Shown: one piece after another, positions 58,091 through 64,000 of the stretch
Position numbering within the stretch: position 1 is the first letter of the stretch
How the letters are laid out: each line of letters begins with the position of its first letter
From: Macrostomum lignano
Taxonomy: Eukaryota
Reading direction: 5' to 3'
Length of the DNA: 64,000 nucleotides
NCBI GenBank assembly: GCA_002269645.1
Contig: NIVC01000462.1
Location: 77,468 to 141,467, forward strand
Notes under the pieces: generated by a model
The model's input: only the letters and a program-made list of their open reading frames with translations
Told to the model about the DNA's origin: nothing
Databases searched by the model: none
Made by a program: the position numbers and the translations under genes

Positions 58091-59118
58091 GTCATTAGAC
58101 AATTTTTAGATCGAGGCCTTCGAGGGCCTATTATAGAAGATTCGATTCTAGCTCATGGCTGCGGGTCAGATGAGAGAGAAAATGAAAGAAAATAGAGAGA
58201 GAAGAGAAAAGACGAGATAAGAGATAAGACGAGAGAGAAGCGAGAGGAGAGGAGAGAGGGAGACTAGAGAGAGATTAGAGAGGAGAGAAACAGAACAGAC
58301 AAAGAGAGAAAATGGGAGAAGTAGAGATTTACATTTTTCTTGAGCTTCTCAAAGTTCTTTTTCATCGGTACAAAGCTAGGTTTATCAAGTAGTATGAAGA
58401 CCCGCGTCTAAAAAGAAGCCCGTTCACTGGTGGCAAGAAGACGTGTGCGTCTTCATACTACTTGTAGATTTATTTAGATAGTTTAGAACTTTATATAGAT
58501 CAGAGAAGCTTGTTTGCGTCTTTGAAAATCAATATTCACTCAGCTCTCTATATTAGTGCGTGCCCACAGTGCCTTCACTGCGCTTCTCTCATCTTAGCCT
58601 AAAGCCTAATTTGCCAAATTTGGTTCAAGTTCGGCCATAGACTAGGATTTTAGCGCTTTGTATTAAGACTGAGTTAAGCAGCTTTTGCGATCTCCTCAAT
58701 TTAGTCTATGGCCAGTGGCCTCTGTGCAGTACAGTTCCATTCTGAGCGCCTTCCCCCCAGCTTTTGTTAAGCTAGCAGACAAGCGAGCGGCGATCGCAAC
58801 TCTGAGGCTCAGATAAGTTTTGTTCAACGAAGGACCAAGACTGGGTAAGTTTGATTTCTGACCAATTCTGCCATGCCTTATATATGGAATCTTTGTTCGC
58901 AAAGCTGTTCCATTTTTAATTTAGGGAACTATATAAGCTGTTGAAACCCGCGGCTTTTGTACGAGCCCACTAAATTACAATCCTTGGAATTATTTTTTTG
59001 TATGCATTTTTAAATCTGATGTCATATTTAAACAAAAACTTGTTAATATTTATAGGATAAAAGTTAACAATGTGAGACTATAAAATTTTAATAGAAGATG
59101 AATCTTTTAAAAGATAGA

Positions 59119-59790
59119 TCCAGCAGGCCTGGCGCCCCCCTCCTTTCCAGCAGGCCTGGCGCCCCCTTCCTTTCCAGCAGGCCTGGCGCTCCCCCTTTCC
59201 AGCAAGCCTGGCGCCCCCCTCCTTTCCAGCAGGCCTGGCGCCCCTTCCTTTCCAGCAGGCCTGGCGCTCCCCCTTTCCAACAAGCCTGGCGCCTCCCTCC
59301 TTTCCAGCAGGCCTGGCGCCCCCCTCCTTTCCAGCAGGCCTGGTGCCCCTCTCCTTTCCAGCAGGTCTGGCTCCCCCTCCTTTCCAGCAGGCCTGGCGCC
59401 CCCCTCCTTTCCAGCAGGCCTGGCGCCCCCTCCTTTCCAGCAGGTCTGGCGCCCCCTCCTTTCCAGCAGGCCTGGCGCCCCCCTCCTTTCCAGCAGGCCT
59501 GGTGCCCCCCTCCATTCCAGCAGGCCTGGCGCCTCTCTCCTTTCCAGCAGGCCTGGCGCCTCTCTCCTTTCCAGCAAGCCTGGCGCCCCCCTCCTTTCCA
59601 GCAGGCCTGGCGCCCCCTTCCTTTCCAGCAGGCCTGGCGCTCCCCCTTTCCAGCAAGCCTGGCGCCCCCCTCTTTTCCAGCAGGCCTGGCGCCCCCTCTT
59701 TTCCAGTAGACCTGGCGCCCCCCTCCATTCCAGCAGGCCTGGCGCCCCCTCTTTTCCAGTAGACCTGGCGCCCCCTCCATTCCAGCAGGC
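59119..59790. repeat. ~25-26-bp GC-rich minisatellite
   Basis: Unit TTTCCAGCAGGCCTGGCGCCCCCTCC and variants. Confidence 0.95.
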
Positions 59791-60199
59791 TTGGCTCCGC
59801 CAGAAATGGGGACATTAAAATGCGTGGACATAGTTGCCACAAATGCACACTCACTCTTTGTATTGAAATTGGCTTTAGAGCACAGCAGAGCGATGGAAAT
59901 TTTTATTTCGTTTTTATTCGGTTTCGTATTACTGCACGATATAAGCGTATTTGCGCATACGCGTACGTATCCGTCAATAATTTGGGACACAAACAGTAAC
60001 TTGTATACTTAATACAGTCTTATTTAGCATTATGATTGCTAACGCATTTGTATTTGATTGTTATTGTTAATTATGAGGCAAATTTCTTTAGATTGTGATT
60101 TTTTGTGATCAAAATTCAATATAATATCAATAGTATAGCTAATATATCTTATTTACATAGAGAAAGAGCACAACCGTACAAAGTTGTGACCTAGCTTTG

Positions 60200-61700
60200 A
60201 GAACGACCGAGCCGATGAGATGTCATTGGAATCAATGATTGAATGGAATTCGAATGAAGGCATGTCCTTCGGCTATGTTGACAAAGGATATGATGGCAAG
60301 GCAAGTGATCAGGAGGCGACGTCGGCATTGGTAGTGATGGCTGTGGGTCTGAAGAACTATTGGAAGTTGCTAATGGGTTATTTTCTAGTAAATGGTGTGG
60401 ATGTTGAATTTTTGTCTAGTGTTGTAGAAGACTCAATTTAGAGGCTTATCAGATTGGCGTTGTCGCCACATCGTTCACATGCGATGGATTGCAGCACAGC
60501 ATTTAAGCTTTGAACTTCTTGGGGCTAAAATTAGTTCTCCGGATTCAATTGTCGCCACGTTCCCTCATCCTTGTGACCCAAGCATTCAGGTTTCTGCCTT
60601 CCTCGATCCGCCTCATATGTGGAAGCTGATTCGCAATCAGTGGCAGTCATTATGCACGGTAGTTTGGCCAAATAGGGGGAATATTGATTGGAAATCTGAA
60701 GGTCTATTTGGCATCCCAGCTTTTTAGTAAGTCAGTTGCTGACTCCCTGCGGTGGGTGCATCAGCAAGCTTTGGCCGGATTCGAGCACCATAATGTACTT
60801 GTGACGGCAGATTTTATTGAGCACATGAATGACTTGTTCGACGCCTTTAACTACAAGCTACTAGTAAATTACAGAGACAAAATGGCTCTAAGGGCTGACA
60901 ACCAGTCGGACTTTATTGACTTCTTTAACTGACTCGATTAAGCTTCTCGGAAGTCTTGAAAATCTGTCTGGGCGCAAAATTATTGAAACTGCAAAGAAAA
61001 CAGGCTTTCTCGGCTTCATGGTGAATTGTGAGGCTGATATGGCCCTTGCCAAGTATTTGTTTTCAAGTTGTGGTTTTTTTCTTTGCACTTACAAGTTGTC
61101 GCGGGATTTTCTTGAGTTATTTTTTAACGCCGTCAGACTTTGAAACGGCTGGAATCACAATCCGACTCCGAGACAGTTTCGCTTAGCCTTTAGACAGTTA
61201 CTAGTGCACCCTGGAGGTGGAATTCTCCAATCGACTAGTTCCTATGTTAAGCAACAGGATGCCACTATTTAGTTGTCATTATCTTGTCTTCCTTCGTCAC
61301 AATCAACAGAGGCAGGAAAACCTTAATGGAAGCAGATAAGTGCTCAGAACAGTTTGGGTTTAAGCCTTAATTCCATTCAACATTGTGTGAATGCATCAAA
61401 ATGCGAAGTATGCCAGTCGATTGTGTATTACATTGCAGGCGCAGTGGTCAGTAGTATGCTTAAATTAATTGAATGCGCCCCGTGCAGATCAGCACTCATT
61501 TCCAGCACTGAAATGGTTGCCCTGCTCTCTTGTCACCATGAAAAATGTGCTGAATAAAGAAGGAACTAGGGGGTTGATTTTTCCAAGCAACAATGTCTTG
61601 CAAGTTTTGCTTCATGCCGAAACAATCATTCGACGTGCAAACTATACTGGTGATTGGTAAAAATCTGGACATGGTTAGTTTTTGCCATAGACAAAAATAT
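60200..61700 (+). mobile_element. Decayed THAP9/P-element-family DNA transposase (multiple stops and frameshifts)
   Basis: Colinear motifs across frames: ATSALVVMAVGLKNYWKLLMGYFL; FPHPCD...V.AFLDPPHMWKLIRN; KVYLASQLFSKSVADSL; FLCTYKLSRDFLELFFNAVR; GWNHNPTPRQFRLAFRQL; IVYYIAGAVV..C..C; GLIFPS. No THAP domain or TIRs were identified. Confidence 0.85.
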
Positions 61701-61879
61701 AGCCGCCAATTGCGCCGACTGCTGCCAAATGCGCCGACCAAATGCGCCGACAAGATTTTGGATTCCCCTCGCCAAATAGGATTCCCTAGCCCATATACCA
61801 TAGAATATATGAACATTTATCATGCAGCACTAGCGTGACAGATTTCCCCTGTGCACATATACAAGCCATAGACAAGAAC

Positions 61880-62665
61880 TCGTCGGCGCATTTGCTGACG
61901 CATTTGGTCGGCGCATTTGGTCGGCGCATTTGGTCGGCGCATTTGGTCTATACGTTAGACAAGCCAATGAGAAGCCGGCGCATTTGGTCTATATGTTAGA
62001 CAAGCCAATGAGAAGCCGGCGCATTTGGTCGGCGCATTTGGTCGGCGCATTTGGTCTATATATTAGACAAGCCAATGAGAAGCCGGCGCATTTGGTCTAT
62101 ATGTTAGACAAGCCAATGAGAAGCCGGCGCATTTGGTCGGCGCATTTGGTCGGCGCATTTGGTCGGCGCATTTGGTCGGCGCATTTGGTCGGCGCATTTG
62201 GTTGACGACTTTGGCTGACGACTTTGGTAGCTTGACGACTTTGGCTGACGACTTTGGTTAGTTGACGACTTTGGCTGACGACTTTGGCAGCTTGACGACT
62301 TTGGCTGACGCATTTGGTCGGCGCATTTGGTCGGCGCATTTGGTCTATATGTTAGACAAGTCAATGAGAAGCCGGCGCATTTGTCGGCGCATTTGGTCTA
62401 TATGTTAGACAAGTCAATGAGAAGCCGGCGCATTTGGTCGGCGCATTTGGTCGGCGCATTTGGTCGGCGCATTTGGTCGGCGCATTTGGTCGGCGCATTT
62501 GGTCGGCGCATTTGGTCGGCGCATTTGGTCGGCGCATTTGGTCGGCGCATTTGGTCGGCGCATTTGGTCGGCGCATTTGGTCGGCGCATTTGGTCGGCGC
62601 ATTTGGTCGGCGCATTTGGTCGGCGCATTTGGTCGGCGCATTTGGTCGGCGCATTTGGCCGACGC
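61880..62665. repeat. 13-bp minisatellite with interspersed ~36-bp modules
   Basis: Unit GGCGCATTTGGTC, interrupted by TATATGTTAGACAAGCCAATGAGAAGCC and a GACGACTTTGGCT variant block. Confidence 0.96.
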
Positions 62666-63654
62666 AATTGATTGGTGTACTTGGTTGATTTACTCCTATG
62701 TTTTAACACATTGATGTTTTGACCCCAGATACTTTAACACTGTTGGTTTGAACACTAATGTTTCAGCAGTGATGTTTTCAACCCCCCCCCACCCCCCCTC
62801 GTGCTTTAGTGGTGGGGTCCGTAGGCGCCCGCCGCCAGGGCCGCCGACTCGGCCTCCGTAGCCTTGACGGCCGCGGCCGCCAGCTGCCACATACGAAAAC
62901 AATGTCTGTGTAATAGGATTTTGGTTCGGTACGGATATCGTATTAGTTGATGTCGTTGGTGGTGGCACACTATATAATAAATAAATAAATAAAAAAAATA
63001 ATAGATACATTCATATGATGTCACTTACGATACGTATGTGGCGACCGGCTGGCCGCGACCGTCAACCTCCAAGATGTCATTTTGTTGGGCAGGGTTGGTG
63101 GACATGTCTGTAGAAAAAAATGCAAGCATTATCACATTATGTTATGCACAGTTCGATAAATGATAAATAGCAATAAATATATTGACAACAATAATAAAAG
63201 AAATCGACTTACTATTTGCTTGAAATCGAATGAGCGAATGAGATCGAATAGACTTGATTCAATTGAATGAAAGAAATCGAATGGAGTTGTTGGGTGATTT
63301 TATAAGTCGACTCAACTTAACTGTATGTACAGTTTACACAAGACAATCGTCTATGGCAAAATGCCAATATTTTGTGTTGATCGATCGATGTTTGGTCTAT
63401 GGTTCTTTGTCGAAAATATTGTTATCGTTCTCTTGTAATACATATTGATAGATGGATATAGTTTCAATGTGTAATTTTACACTGACCATAGCAGCAACAG
63501 AATACAGCGTACTGTACACTAAAACAAGCTATATGAATTGCCATAGACTAAATAGTCTGACACGCACTGTCTATCTAATCTGTGCCAGCGAATGCTTACT
63601 GTCAAGAACAAAACGGAGCAAAAGTTTGCTTCAATTGACTGCACCTGATGAAGG

Positions 63655-63725
63655 TGGCAAAGTTAGGTGCCTTATAATTGAGTGTTGCATGGGTTCGAAT
63701 CCCATGTGGTCAGAGTTTTTTTTTC
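63655..63725 (+). other. tRNA-like fragment (T-arm hairpin), probably a SINE head or tRNA pseudogene
   Basis: A perfect T-arm CATGGG-TTCGAAT-CCCATG is followed by a T-run. No convincing acceptor or anticodon stem is present. Confidence 0.3.
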
Positions 63726-64000
63726 TGTTTAAAGTTTTTTAGAGCAAACAGATTTTCAGTATTTTTTTATTTCTCTTACTCTTATGTTTTTTATACAATT
63801 AAATTAATTACAATTTATTATTCTCTTTACACGTTTTTAGCAGAGTACGGGCGAATCTTTTAGTGCAGCACGTATGATTGTTAGTGTAAAAAGTATACTA
63901 CGATACATGTCGGCAAGCAAGTATTTGGTGTATATATAAGCGTCTGTCGTCTTTAATTTATTTGATATGTTGTGCCCTTCTTATTGTTCTATCTATATTA

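Noticed and set aside
3530-62714. Dozens of long ORFs with periodic peptides ([46 protein letters not shown] and others)
   Set aside because: They are stop-free translations of tandem repeats, open in several frames at once. Many lie inside introns whose flanking exons join in frame without them.
63655-63725. Functional tRNA gene
   Set aside because: Only the T-arm is intact, and no full cloverleaf could be drawn.

Overview
Eukaryotic (animal) genomic DNA. GC-rich exons, canonical GT-AG introns and minisatellite-filled introns suggest a Macrostomum-like flatworm (inference, not proven). Left third: two conserved + strand genes reconstructed exon by exon, EFR3 (11 exons, 3010-13232, first exon uncertain) and CSTF3/CstF-77/su(f) (9 exons, 17237-26131, 755 aa). 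Nearly every long intron carries its own tandem-repeat array. Centre: a disrupted fibrinogen-domain pseudogene, Ty3/Gypsy gag and pol scraps, and a ~6.2 kb 22-bp satellite with a 2183-bp higher-order repeat. A young non-coding three-LTR retroelement (35249-37658) sits in the satellite with a 5-bp TSD, PPTs and two different tRNA-Lys primer-binding sites. Right half: a minus-strand cluster of secreted PAN-like/PAN-like/fibrinogen-domain genes (two intact, one in-frame internally deleted chimera), a WSC+PAN gene with a premature stop, tRNA-derived SINEs (one CORE-like) and a decayed THAP9/P-element transposase. Most long ORFs in the supplied track are artefacts of stop-free repeats. No CRISPR or rRNA is present, and no intact tRNA gene was recognised. 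All homology calls are from remembered family motifs, not database searches.
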